Source: Chitinophaga pinensis (GTDB taxonomy: Bacteria; Bacteroidota; Bacteroidia; UKL13-3). Taken from it: a DNA stretch of 64,000 bases. The stretch is taken from NCBI GenBank assembly GCA_945870425.1, contig CAMBSD010000006.1, positions 69,735 through 133,734 on the forward strand, in the 5' to 3' direction. Below are positions 1-9,030 of this stretch, piece by piece; position 1 is the first letter of the stretch, and each line of letters opens with the position of its first letter. The position numbers were made by a program, and so were the translations under genes. Under the pieces are notes generated by a model. It saw nothing but the letters and a program-made list of their open reading frames with translations, was not told the DNA's origin and did no database searches.

Positions 1-798
1 TTTAGTAGCAACGCACAAGCCATAGAAGATGATTTTGAATTATTAACCAAAGGAAGAAAATCTGCTCCTATTCCTGCTGGCAACCAAGTATTAAACCCTG
101 AAAGAATTTTTATTGAGGAAGGTGCTAATGTATTGTTTTCAATTTTGAATGCATCAACAGGTAGTATTTACATTGGCAAAGATGCTGAAGTGATGGAAGG
201 CTCAAAGATTAGAGGTCCTTTTGCCTTGTGCGAACACGCGGGTTTGAAAATGGATGCTAAAATATATGGTGCTACTACTGTTGGTCCTTATTGCAAAGTG
301 GGGGGTGAGGTAAACAACTCAGTATTTTTTGCATTTAGCAACAAAGGTCACGATGGTTTTGTGGGTAATGCCGTGATAGGCGAATGGTGTAATTTGGGTG
401 CAGATACCAATAATAGCAACCTTAAAAACACTTATGAGGAAGTAAAACTTTGGAACTATACATCTGAAAGATTTGATAAAACAGGTTTAACTTTTTGCGG
501 ATTGATGATGGCAGATCATGCAAAGAGTGGAATCAACACCATGTTTAATACAGGAACGGTAGTAGGTGTGGGTTCAAATATTTTTGGTTCAGGATTTCCA
601 CGCAATTTTGTACCTGATTTCAGTTGGGGTGGGGCAAGTGGTTTTGAGACCTTTCAGTTAAAGAAGATGTTTCAAGTAGCTGATGCCATGTGTAAAAGAC
701 GAAATGTAGAATTTACAGAAACAGATAAAGAAATTATATTGCACGTGTTTGAACAAACCAAAAAGTTTAGGTTTTGGGAAAAGCCTGCCAATGCCTAA
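1..798 (+). CDS. 5'-truncated CDS; putative sugar-phosphate nucleotidyltransferase (GlmU-like) with a C-terminal left-handed beta-helix (hexapeptide-repeat) region
   Basis: The reading frame runs open from base 1 into ORF 133..798. Gly/Val/Asn-rich hexapeptide-like repeats (GEVNNSVFF, GNAVIGEWCNLGADTNN, NTGTVVGVGSNIFG) are typical of the LbH domains of NDP-sugar pyrophosphorylases. The N-terminus lies outside the window. Confidence 0.5.
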   Translation, partial: FSSNAQAIEDDFELLTKGRKSAPIPAGNQVLNPERIFIEEGANVLFSILNASTGSIYIGKDAEVMEGSKIRGPFALCEHAGLKMDAKIYGATTVGPYCKVGGEVNNSVFFAFSNKGHDGFVGNAVIGEWCNLGADTNNSNLKNTYEEVKLWNYTSERFDKTGLTFCGLMMADHAKSGINTMFNTGTVVGVGSNIFGSGFPRNFVPDFSWGGASGFETFQLKKMFQVADAMCKRRNVEFTETDKEIILHVFEQTKKFRFWEKPANA

Positions 799-827
799 AA
801 TAAAGACACTATAAAACAACATATACT

Positions 828-1592
828 ATGAGAAAGAAAATCATTGCAGGAAACTGGAAAATGAACAAAACCTTTGATGAAGGTATGGGCTTGGTTTCAG
901 AAATAAGCAATATGCTTAAAGATGAATACCATGGAAATGCAGAGGTAATTATTATTCCCCCTTTCGTTCACATCAATGCGATTAGCCGCATGGTTGTAAG
1001 CGATAGAAACCTAAGTGTTGGCGCACAAAACTGTAGCAACCATGTAAGTGGCGCATTTACAGGTGAAGTGAGTGCTGCTATGCTTAAAAGTTGCGGTGCT
1101 ACTTATGTAATCATTGGTCATAGTGAGCGCAGACAATATTTTGGCGAACTCAATGATTGGTTGGCAAAAAAAGTAGATGCTGTTTTAGCTGAAGGCTTAA
1201 TTCCAATCTATTGCTGTGGTGAAACCCTTGAAGAGCGTGAGTCGAATAAGCATTTTGATGTGTTAAAGTCACAAATAAGTGAAGCCTTATTTCATTTAAC
1301 ATCTGAGCAAATGAGCAAAGTGGTTGTGGCTTATGAGCCTGTTTGGGCTATTGGCACTGGTAAAACAGCTTCAACAGCTCAAGCTCAAGAAGTGCATGCT
1401 TTTATTAGAACTTTATTGAAAGATAAGTTTGGTGCTGAAGTTTCAGACAATATTACCATACAATATGGTGGAAGTGTGAAAGCAGATAATGCAAAAGAAC
1501 TTTTCTCTGCTCCAGATATTGATGGTGCGTTGGTGGGCGGTGCTGCTTTGCAAAGCCGATCTTTTGTAGATATTGTGAAGGAAATGGCATAG
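828..1592 (+). CDS. tpiA: triose-phosphate isomerase
   Basis: 254 aa. Begins IAGNWKMN, contains IIGHSERR, AYEPVWAIGTGKTA and the YGGSV loop, all hallmark TIM motifs. Confidence 0.92.
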   Translation: MRKKIIAGNWKMNKTFDEGMGLVSEISNMLKDEYHGNAEVIIIPPFVHINAISRMVVSDRNLSVGAQNCSNHVSGAFTGEVSAAMLKSCGATYVIIGHSERRQYFGELNDWLAKKVDAVLAEGLIPIYCCGETLEERESNKHFDVLKSQISEALFHLTSEQMSKVVVAYEPVWAIGTGKTASTAQAQEVHAFIRTLLKDKFGAEVSDNITIQYGGSVKADNAKELFSAPDIDGALVGGAALQSRSFVDIVKEMA

Positions 1593-1684
1593 AAAATGAG
1601 ATTTTATTTAAATGTAAATTGCTAAGATTCTTTCATCAAGAAAAAAAAAATATTTAAGTATAAAAAACAAGCTAAACATTTGCT

Positions 1685-1712
1685 ATTGTTGAAACAGAAA
1701 TCTTTAATTTTG
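1685..1712 (+). promoter_or_regulatory. Bacteroidetes-type sigmaA promoter candidate (-33 TTG at 1685-1687; -7 TAATTTTG at 1705-1712) for the acidic small protein gene
   Basis: Exact match to the TAnnTTTG -7 consensus, about 24 nt upstream of the ATG at 1737, with a TTG 17 nt further upstream. Confidence 0.4.
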
Positions 1713-1736
1713 TAACAGCGAAAAATATTCATTACA

Positions 1737-1985
1737 ATGACAATACGAAAAAATACTTCTAAAATTTCTACCCCTAAAGCAGGCAAGCCTTCGGTTGTAA
1801 AAAATACATCTAAGAAGAAATCTGAGGATGATTTAGATGATGATGACGATGAAGAACCTATTGATGATTTTGAAGATGAAGATGACGATGATTCATTAGA
1901 TATTGATGACATGGATGATGATAAAATCCCTTATGATAAATCATTCAAAGATTTTGATGATGACGATGATGATGACGATTTTTAG
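1737..1985 (+). CDS. small hypothetical protein with a basic N-terminus and an extremely acidic (Asp/Glu-rich) C-terminal tail
   Basis: 82-aa ORF preceded by a consensus-like promoter. The opposite-strand ORF 1622..1912 is a poly-Ser mirror of the GAT/GAC repeats and is taken to be the artefact. Confidence 0.35.
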   Translation: MTIRKNTSKISTPKAGKPSVVKNTSKKKSEDDLDDDDDEEPIDDFEDEDDDDSLDIDDMDDDKIPYDKSFKDFDDDDDDDDF

Positions 1986-1989
1986 TTAA

Positions 1990-2550
1990 TTAATTAGGCC
2001 ATATAAAGGCAGGGCTTTCAACCACATTACTTTGGTGCAAAGCCCTGTCATAAATAAAGATACGATACTTCAGGGTATCGTTATTTGTTATATAACCTGA
2101 CGAAAGCAAATTTGGATCAACTTCCACTTCAATATCTCCCCTGATTGCTTTATGCTTTCCATCTGGTGTTAAATTCTGAACCCTGAAGGCATCAAACAGT
2201 GTATCACTAGAAAATGCTTTATTGATATTGGTAAACACTCCATTGATGCTCTTTAATGGGTATACATAGCAATTGTAATAGTATTTGTTTAAGATGGTTC
2301 GGTTAGCATCTGTAAAGTTGTTGTAAGGTGCTAAAGTATCTTTGTCCTCCAAACCTAAATCGCCATCACCATCTTTAAAAGTAAAGCTAAGCTTAACCGT
2401 TGATATGCTTCCTGAGGTGTCGCTATAAAAAGTCAAAGATTTATAATCAATAGAAGGTGTAGATGGATATATTTCACTTTCTTTGCATGAAGAAAGACAA
2501 AAGACAAAAGCTAGGCTTAAAATAAAAAGATTTTTTTGCATTGTTTTCAT
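1990..2550 (-). CDS. hypothetical lipoprotein
   Basis: The start is placed at the internal Met that gives MKTMQKNLFILSLAFVFCLSSC, a signal peptide with a lipobox Cys. The longer ORF start would add an N-terminal extension without signal-peptide character. Confidence 0.55.
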   Translation of the reverse strand: MKTMQKNLFILSLAFVFCLSSCKESEIYPSTPSIDYKSLTFYSDTSGSISTVKLSFTFKDGDGDLGLEDKDTLAPYNNFTDANRTILNKYYYNCYVYPLKSINGVFTNINKAFSSDTLFDAFRVQNLTPDGKHKAIRGDIEVEVDPNLLSSGYITNNDTLKYRIFIYDRALHQSNVVESPAFIWPN

Positions 2551-3541
2551 GTTAGATACAGCCGAATTCATATCATCTATATTAAAGTCAAAACTAAACA
2601 ATTTTGATGAATTAGCTTTACGTGTTTTTCAATTTCAATACCAATTTAACCCCACTTATCAAAAATATTGCAAACTCTTACATGTTCATGACATGAATAG
2701 GGTAGATAGCATAGATAAAATTCCCTTTTTGCCCATAGCTTTTTTTAAAAACCATGAAATTAAAAGCGCTGCATTTGATGCAGATATAGTTTTTAGTAGC
2801 AGTAGCACAACGGGCAGAGGTCAAAGCTTTCATCATGTAAAAGAGGTAGAGGTTTATAGACAGAGTTTTATACAAGCCTTTGAACATTTTTATGGCAATA
2901 TTTCTGATTATAGCATCTTTGCTTTATTGCCTTCATACCTTGAAAGACAGGGCTCTTCGCTTGTCTATATGCTTGAATATTTGATAGGCTTAAGTAATGA
3001 TAATGAAAGCGGATTTTACCTTCATAACCATCAGGAATTATACAAAAAATTAATCAGTGCTAAGCAGGCCAATAAGAAAATTATTTTATTTGGTGCCACT
3101 TTTGGCTTGCTTGATTTTGCTGATCAATACGAACTAAACCTTGAAGATGCCATCATCATAGAAACAGGTGGAATGAAGGGTAGGAGAGAAGAGTTAACTA
3201 GATATGAAATTCATACTTACCTAAAAGCAAGATTGGGCGTTCATCAAATTCATTCAGAATATGGTATGACAGAATTGTTAAGTCAGGCTTATGCCCCAAG
3301 CGATGGGATATTTTATTGTCCGGCTTGGATGAAGGTATGTATTACGGATATGAACGACCCTTTTGAAAAAATTTCTGTAGGCAAAACAGGGGTCATAAAT
3401 GTGATTGATTTGGCAAATATCTATTCATGTTCTTTTATCCAAACCTCTGATTTGGGAAGGCTTTCCGAGGATGGTGGTTTTGAAATCTTGGGCCGTTTAG
3501 ACTACAGTGATTTAAGAGGCTGTAGCTTGTTGACGGTTTAA
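2549..3541 (+). CDS. LuxE-like acyl-protein synthetase / acyl-CoA ligase superfamily protein
   Basis: The start is placed at MLDTAEF. It contains an FSSSSTTGRGQSFHHV adenylate-forming-like motif and resembles the LuxE family. Its start codon at 2549 overlaps the divergent lipoprotein start at 2550. Confidence 0.5.
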   Translation: MLDTAEFISSILKSKLNNFDELALRVFQFQYQFNPTYQKYCKLLHVHDMNRVDSIDKIPFLPIAFFKNHEIKSAAFDADIVFSSSSTTGRGQSFHHVKEVEVYRQSFIQAFEHFYGNISDYSIFALLPSYLERQGSSLVYMLEYLIGLSNDNESGFYLHNHQELYKKLISAKQANKKIILFGATFGLLDFADQYELNLEDAIIIETGGMKGRREELTRYEIHTYLKARLGVHQIHSEYGMTELLSQAYAPSDGIFYCPAWMKVCITDMNDPFEKISVGKTGVINVIDLANIYSCSFIQTSDLGRLSEDGGFEILGRLDYSDLRGCSLLTV

Positions 3542-3596
3542 TGGAAATATAAATTTTGTAACTGAATTATTGTATGGTTTAAATTATAAAAACCAC

Positions 3597-3604
3597 TATT
3601 TTTG
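3597..3604 (+). promoter_or_regulatory. candidate -7 box (TATTTTTG) upstream of the antitoxin gene
   Basis: Matches TAnnTTTG and sits 12 nt upstream of the ATG at 3617. Confidence 0.25.
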
Positions 3605-3616
3605 AAAAAAGAACTT

Positions 3617-3772
3617 ATGAAAGCTCAATCTATAGTATTGGATAAAAAGAAATATTTTTTAATCGAGGAAAGCGAATACCTCGGTTTGAAAGAAGATATT
3701 GCCGATTTGAAAAAAGTCTTTGAAAGAAGATCGGAAAATGGAGTAGAGGCTAATGTTTTTTTGCAAATCTAA
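3617..3772 (+). CDS. putative type II antitoxin (small, RelB/Phd-like)
   Basis: 51-aa ORF not present in the ORF track (below 60 aa): MKAQSIVLDKKKYFLIEESEYLGLKEDIADLKKVFERRSENGVEANVFLQI. It lies 24 nt upstream of a RelE/ParE-like reading frame. Confidence 0.45.
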   Translation: MKAQSIVLDKKKYFLIEESEYLGLKEDIADLKKVFERRSENGVEANVFLQI

Positions 3773-3796
3773 AAACCAAGAAGAAAAAATAGAGCT

Positions 3797-4036
3797 ATGA
3801 AGCTTTATTAGGTTATTATTAAAGAGTCTGCTCAAAAACAGATTAAGAAAGTGTCTACTGTTTATTTATCGAAAATAAAAACAGCCATTTTAGACCTTCA
3901 ACACAATCCACGACCTATAAACAGCAAGAAATAAGTAGGAAGCAAATGTGTTTACCGAATTGTGTATGAAATTATTGATAAAGAGTTATTTGTATATGTA
4001 GTTGATGTTGACCATCGAAAAGATATTTATAAATAA
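3797..4036 (+). pseudogene. decayed RelE/ParE-family toxin gene (two in-frame stops and a 7-codon deletion)
   Basis: A single frame reads MKLY*VIIKESAQKQIKKVSTVYLSKIKTAILDLQHNPRPINSKK*VGSKCVYRIVYEIIDKELFVYVVDVDHRKDIYK. It matches the RelE/ParE consensus (NPRP..KKL.G....YRIRVGDYRIIY.I.D..L.V..IGHRKDIY). The RVGDYRI segment is missing. Confidence 0.6.
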
Positions 4037-4152
4037 TCTCAGTTTAATTTGCACGAATAAACTATCTAAATTATTTTAGCAATTCACACCCTCCATTTTC
4101 ATTATTTCATGCTGCAAAAAACTGCTATATTCGCAGCTCTATTAAAAAAATT

Positions 4153-6873
4153 ATGGATAAATTCTCGTACATTTCCAATGCCGATGTGGCGGCAATCGAT
4201 AATCTATATCAACAATATAAAGCGGATGCAGAATCTGTTGAATTTGGTTGGAAGAAGTTTTTTGAAGGTTTCGAAATGGGTGAACAAAAATTCAATAGTT
4301 CTTCCAAATCTGCTGTGCTTTCAGAAGATATACTGAAAGAGATAAATGTGTTGAATTTAATAAAAGGCTATCGTACTCGTGGGCATTTGTTTACAAGAAC
4401 CAATCCTGTGCGTGAGCGAAGAAAATATGCCCCAAGTCTGGATATTGAAAACTTTGGTTTGACCAAAAGCGATTTGGATAAAACTTTTAATGCGGGTGTT
4501 GAAATAGGCTTGGGAGTAGCCAAATTGAATGATATTATTGACCATTTAGAAAAAACCTATTGCGAAAGTATTGGTGCCGAATACGCATACATCCGTCAGC
4601 CCAACAAGTTAGAATGGTTACAAAAGAAAATGGAGGGTGGCAAAAACATACCAAATCGCGATATAGACGATAAACGACATATTCTTTCAAAACTGAACCA
4701 AGCCACTGTTTTCGAAAATTTTATCCATACCAAATTTGTAGGGCAAAAAAGATTTTCTTTAGAAGGGCTTGAAACCCTTATTCCTGCTTTAGATTCTGTT
4801 ATTCAGTTTGGTGCCGAGTTAGGAGTTGAGGAATTTGTTTTGGGTATGGCTCACCGTGGAAGGTTGAATGTGCTTGCCAATATCATGGGCAAATCATATG
4901 AGGCAATTTTTAAAGAGTTTGAAGGTAAAGGTGCTGAAGAAGAAGGTATTTTTGAAGGGGATGTAAAATACCATTTAGGTTTTAGCAGCGAGCTAGAAAC
5001 CCGAAATGGAAAGAAAATCAAATTGAATTTGGTTCCAAATCCTTCTCACTTAGAAACAGTAAATCCTGTGGTGAAGGGTTTAACACGTGCCAAATTAGAC
5101 AAGAAATACAACAGTGACATTGATAAAGTAGCGCCTATACTCATTCATGGAGATGCTTCAGTGGCAGGCCAAGGTGTTGTATATGAAGTATTGCAAATGG
5201 CGGGTTTGAAGGCCTATTCTGTTGGTGGTTGCATTCATATTGTTACCAATAACCAAATTGGATTTACTACCAATTATACGGATGCTCGTACTTCCACTTA
5301 TTGCACGGATGTCGCTAAAACCACATTATGTCCCGTTTTCCATGTGAACGCTGATGATGTAGAGGCGGTAGTTTATACAGTGAAATTAGCAATGGAATAT
5401 CGTCAAGAGTTCAATAGCGATGTGTTTATTGATTTATTAGGATATAGGAAGTATGGACACAACGAAGGTGACGAGCCTCGCTTTACGCAACCATTGCTAT
5501 ACAAAGCCATTGCATCGCATCTAAACCCTAGAGAAATATACAACCAAAAATTGTTAAGCGCAGGAAGCGTTGAAGCTGATTTGGCCAAGGAAATGGACAA
5601 AGAGTTTCGCAGTGTGTTGCAAGAAAAATTAGAAGAAGCCAAAGCAGCTGAAGTTTCAAAAGCAGTTAACTTTCTAAAAAGCCATTGGGAAGGTTTCCGT
5701 TCAGCTCGTAGAGAAGATTTTGATAAATCTCCTGATACATCTGTGGCTAAAGATTTATTTATAAAATTAGCTGATAAACTCAGTAGTATTCCTGAAGGCT
5801 TCCATGCGTTTAGTAAGATTAGCAAATTATTTGGCGACAGGAAAAACATGATTAAAACCGATAGCTTTGATTGGGCTATGGGAGAGTTGATGGCTTATGC
5901 CACCTTAGCTAATGAAGGTCACAATATACGCATGACAGGTCAAGATTGTGAGCGTGGTACTTTCTCTCATCGTCATGCCATTATTCGTCCTGAGGATAGC
6001 GAAGAGGCTTACAATATTTTTGAAAGCCTTAGAGAAGATAAAAAAGCCAAAGTGGAGTTTTATAATTCATTGCTGAGTGAATATGCTGTGCTTGGTTTTG
6101 AGTATGGTTATAGCATGTTATGTCCAAATGATTTAACCATTTGGGAAGCCCAATTTGGTGACTTTGGAAATGGTGCACAAATCATCATCGATCAATATTT
6201 GGCAAGTGCTGCAACCAAATGGAAAACTTATAGCGGCCTAACATTGATGTTGCCGCATGGCTATGAAGGACAAGGACCCGAGCACAGCTCTGCCCGACTT
6301 GAAAGATACTTACAATTATGTGCCAATTGGAATATGCAAGTGTGTAATGTTACCTCACCTGCTAACTATTTCCATGTATTGCGCAGACAATTGAAAAACG
6401 ATTACCGTTTGCCATTGGTACTTATGACACCTAAGAGTTTATTGCGCCACCCAATGTGTGTAAGCAAGCTTGAAGACTTTACTACAGGTGGATTTAAAGA
6501 AGTGATTGATGATACTTTTGTGGATACCAAAAAAGTAAAACGCGTATTGTTATGTACAGGTAAAATCTATTATGAACTATTAGAGCGCCAACAATCAACC
6601 GCTAGAAAAGATGTGGCTATTGTGCGTGTGGAGCAATTGTATCCAATGCCTGAAAAACATTTGGCTGCTATTTATGATAAATACAAAGGTGCTGAGTTCT
6701 GTTGGGTACAAGAAGAGCCTAAAAACATGGGTGCTTGGTTGTATTTGCTTCGTTGGGATAACAATATGCATTTGAAACGCATAAGCCGCGAAAGCAGCGC
6801 ATCGCCTGCTACAGGCTTTAGCAAGGTGCATGCTAAAGAACAATTGGCGCTTATTGATATGGCATTTAACTAA
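4153..6873 (+). CDS. sucA: 2-oxoglutarate dehydrogenase E1 component
   Basis: 906 aa with the typical N-terminal YQQY motif, a ThDP-binding region and the length and architecture of SucA. Confidence 0.9.
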   Translation: MDKFSYISNADVAAIDNLYQQYKADAESVEFGWKKFFEGFEMGEQKFNSSSKSAVLSEDILKEINVLNLIKGYRTRGHLFTRTNPVRERRKYAPSLDIENFGLTKSDLDKTFNAGVEIGLGVAKLNDIIDHLEKTYCESIGAEYAYIRQPNKLEWLQKKMEGGKNIPNRDIDDKRHILSKLNQATVFENFIHTKFVGQKRFSLEGLETLIPALDSVIQFGAELGVEEFVLGMAHRGRLNVLANIMGKSYEAIFKEFEGKGAEEEGIFEGDVKYHLGFSSELETRNGKKIKLNLVPNPSHLETVNPVVKGLTRAKLDKKYNSDIDKVAPILIHGDASVAGQGVVYEVLQMAGLKAYSVGGCIHIVTNNQIGFTTNYTDARTSTYCTDVAKTTLCPVFHVNADDVEAVVYTVKLAMEYRQEFNSDVFIDLLGYRKYGHNEGDEPRFTQPLLYKAIASHLNPREIYNQKLLSAGSVEADLAKEMDKEFRSVLQEKLEEAKAAEVSKAVNFLKSHWEGFRSARREDFDKSPDTSVAKDLFIKLADKLSSIPEGFHAFSKISKLFGDRKNMIKTDSFDWAMGELMAYATLANEGHNIRMTGQDCERGTFSHRHAIIRPEDSEEAYNIFESLREDKKAKVEFYNSLLSEYAVLGFEYGYSMLCPNDLTIWEAQFGDFGNGAQIIIDQYLASAATKWKTYSGLTLMLPHGYEGQGPEHSSARLERYLQLCANWNMQVCNVTSPANYFHVLRRQLKNDYRLPLVLMTPKSLLRHPMCVSKLEDFTTGGFKEVIDDTFVDTKKVKRVLLCTGKIYYELLERQQSTARKDVAIVRVEQLYPMPEKHLAAIYDKYKGAEFCWVQEEPKNMGAWLYLLRWDNNMHLKRISRESSASPATGFSKVHAKEQLALIDMAFN

Positions 6874-6880
6874 TTCAAGC

Positions 6881-7420
6881 ATGAAACATTTCATCCTCAT
6901 ATCCTTTGTTTTGCTTTTGTTTGCTTCGTGCAAAGAAGAGAACATGGAAAAGATTAAAGTTTTTGTAAAAGAAAACGACTTGCCTGTAGAGGATGGAAGC
7001 AATGTGGAGATAAACTATACCGACTCTGGCTATGTGAAGGCGCGTGTGTTTGCGCCTGTATTGCAGCGCTACGAAAACGAAATAAAATCACAAACCAAAA
7101 TGCCCAAAGGCATTACCGTTTACTTTTATGGCAAAGGCAAAAAAATAAACAGTTACCTAAAAGCCAAGTATGCCATACGCGACAGCCGCTTAAGGGTGAT
7201 GACTGTTAGAAACGATGTGATTGTAGTGAATGTGAATGGCGATACCTTGAAAACCGAAGAACTTATTTGGGATGAAGCCACCAACAAAATATCTACCCAA
7301 AAATTTGTGAGTGTGAAACAAACCGACCGTATTATTTACAGCGATGGTTTGGAAACCAATACCGATTTTTCTAACTATAAATTTTTTAACATCAAAGGGG
7401 TTTTAAGTCTGAAACAATAA
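6881..7420 (+). CDS. hypothetical lipoprotein (possibly LptC-like)
   Basis: The start is placed at MKHFILISFVLLLFASC, a lipobox signal. 179 aa. The LptC-like assignment is only a guess. Confidence 0.5.
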   Translation: MKHFILISFVLLLFASCKEENMEKIKVFVKENDLPVEDGSNVEINYTDSGYVKARVFAPVLQRYENEIKSQTKMPKGITVYFYGKGKKINSYLKAKYAIRDSRLRVMTVRNDVIVVNVNGDTLKTEELIWDEATNKISTQKFVSVKQTDRIIYSDGLETNTDFSNYKFFNIKGVLSLKQ

Positions 7421-7587
7421 TGGAAAAGTGGATTTTACGTAATTGGCTTATCTTGGCAATAGCATGTCTTTTGGTGGCTTTTTATATCTCAGTTTTCGAG
7501 AATTTTGTAGAAGGCAAAGCCTATTTGTTTTTCATCCTAGCCATTGTGTTTGCCTTTGTGTGGTTGAAGAAGAGGGGGTCTTTGTAA
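7420..7587 (+). CDS. small hydrophobic protein (55 aa, two predicted TM helices)
   Basis: ATG overlaps the upstream TAA (TAATG). The product is MEKWILRNWLILAIACLLVAFYISVFENFVEGKAYLFFILAIVFAFVWLKKRGSL. It is shorter than the ORF-track threshold. Confidence 0.3.
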   Translation: MEKWILRNWLILAIACLLVAFYISVFENFVEGKAYLFFILAIVFAFVWLKKRGSL

Positions 7588-7644
7588 GGAGTGTATAGGC
7601 ACAAGGGAAAAGGGAATAGTGAGCTTTTTAGCATAGAGTAGTTG

Positions 7645-7720
7645 TTGCCTATGGTTGGTGTTTAGCAAAGCGACACCGACCATATAATGAGCAGGTGGTG
7701 ATAACACCAACCGCAGGCAA
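7645..7720. repeat. 76-bp palindromic REP-like element, GGTTGGTGT family, copy A
   Basis: Arms TGCCTATGGTTGGTGTT / AACACCAACCGCAGGCA around a 40-nt loop. A near-identical copy lies at 8115-8190. The core is shared with the REPs flanking RAYT-2. Confidence 0.7.
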
Positions 7721-7780
7721 ATAGTCATAAACTATATGTTTGTACCTTAAATTAACTCAGAAAAAGATTAAAGAAACGGA

Positions 7781-8092
7781 ATGAAAAATAAATTAAAAGC
7801 GTTAAAAAACTTTAGAATAATAGCTATTTTAGAAGGAATATCATTTATAATACTGCTATTTATAGCTATGCCATTTAAGTATTTTTTAAACATACCCGAA
7901 TTAGTTAAATACATGGGTTGGTTACATGGTGTATTATTTGTGCTTTATGGAGTTTTGCTATTACAAGTTTTTATAGTTGTAAAATGGAGCTTTGCTAAAA
8001 CAGTGCTTGCTTTTTTAGTATCTTTTATTCCATTTGGAACTTTTTGGCTCGATAAAAAATTGAAAGAAGATTTGAAACAATTTGAAGGATAG
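7781..8092 (+). CDS. small membrane protein (DUF3817-like)
   Basis: 103 aa with three hydrophobic helices. Flanked on both sides by copies of the 76-bp element. Confidence 0.5.
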   Translation: MKNKLKALKNFRIIAILEGISFIILLFIAMPFKYFLNIPELVKYMGWLHGVLFVLYGVLLLQVFIVVKWSFAKTVLAFLVSFIPFGTFWLDKKLKEDLKQFEG

Positions 8093-8114
8093 AATAAATT
8101 GTTAGAAGTTAAGT

Positions 8115-8190
8115 TTGCCTATGGTTTGTTTTTAGCACATCGACACCGACCATATATTGAGCGGGTGGTGACAACACCAACCGCAGGCAA
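8115..8190. repeat. 76-bp palindromic REP-like element, GGTTGGTGT family, copy B
   Basis: About 90% identical to 7645-7720 in the same orientation. The left arm is degenerate (GGTTTGTT). Confidence 0.7.
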
Positions 8191-8431
8191 AATAAAAAGA
8201 TTTGAGTATATTAAATTTACCTAATTAGCGCATAAATTGATTACCCTTGTGTAAGACTAAATAACTATAAATAGAAAAATAGATCTTTTGTTTTTCATTT
8301 TAATTTCATTTCTTTGTACCGCATTAAGAAACTTATTTAAGTTGCCAACCGAGTTAAGATCCACGGTGGCAAAGCAATGCGGACTTTCTAAGTCAAAAAA
8401 TCTGGTGAAAAATAATACACTCAGTTTTTAA

Positions 8432-8893
8432 TTGCTTTTCTTATTGCAAAAAAAATTTTATAAAATATTTGTAATCATGATTAAGAAAACCAGCAAAATG
8501 CCAATTCACAAGAACGAGAAAATTGTCATGGACAAAACTTCTATTAAGCTATCTATTAAGGATACTAAGTCGAAAACAAATTTAATACCATTAGATGCAA
8601 TCAAAGTTTTTTGTAACTCGCAATCTATTGAAATTGAACCTTTACTTCAAGAGCACAAATCCCCAATTCTGATTGCTGTTAATCACTCATACCTGCAAAC
8701 TCAATTGGATTTGACAGGTGTATCAAATCAAGCTATTTTTAGTTTTGAATCAGATGGAAAATTTATTGGTGCTAGTTTATTAGGAAAAAATGGAGCATCA
8801 TCAGTTCAATTCCTAAACCTAGGACGATTGATTCTAATTGCCCCATTGAAATTGAATTTGACTGCTCATTCAATTACCCATATAAAGTATTAA
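8432..8893 (+). CDS. hypothetical protein (AT-rich accessory islet)
   Basis: 153-aa ORF with no recognisable motifs. The start is uncertain and several in-frame Met codons are present. Confidence 0.3.
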   Translation: MLFLLQKKFYKIFVIMIKKTSKMPIHKNEKIVMDKTSIKLSIKDTKSKTNLIPLDAIKVFCNSQSIEIEPLLQEHKSPILIAVNHSYLQTQLDLTGVSNQAIFSFESDGKFIGASLLGKNGASSVQFLNLGRLILIAPLKLNLTAHSITHIKY

Positions 8894-9030
8894 TTTTTTT
8901 CAACCTTAGTAGAAGTTAGACTTTCTAATAAGTTTGATTATTTTACTATTTTACTATGAAATATTTCTAATGTTTCATTATGATTATTGTATTTTTTAAT
9001 TCAATAAATATTAACTGTTAAAACTTATAA

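Noticed and set aside
1622-1912. 96-aa minus-strand ORF rich in poly-Ser
   Set aside because: It is the complementary-strand reading of the GAT/GAC codon repeats of the acidic ORF. It has no promoter-like motif of its own, and the sense ORF does have one.
4109-6600. Short ORFs on either strand inside sucA (4109..4336, 4357..4545, 5403..5849 and others)
   Set aside because: They are fully contained in a well-supported long conserved gene. They are frame shadows.
7537-7728. 63-aa minus-strand ORF
   Set aside because: It lies entirely over the 76-bp palindromic repeat. Its sequence is dictated by the hairpin and it is not protein-like.
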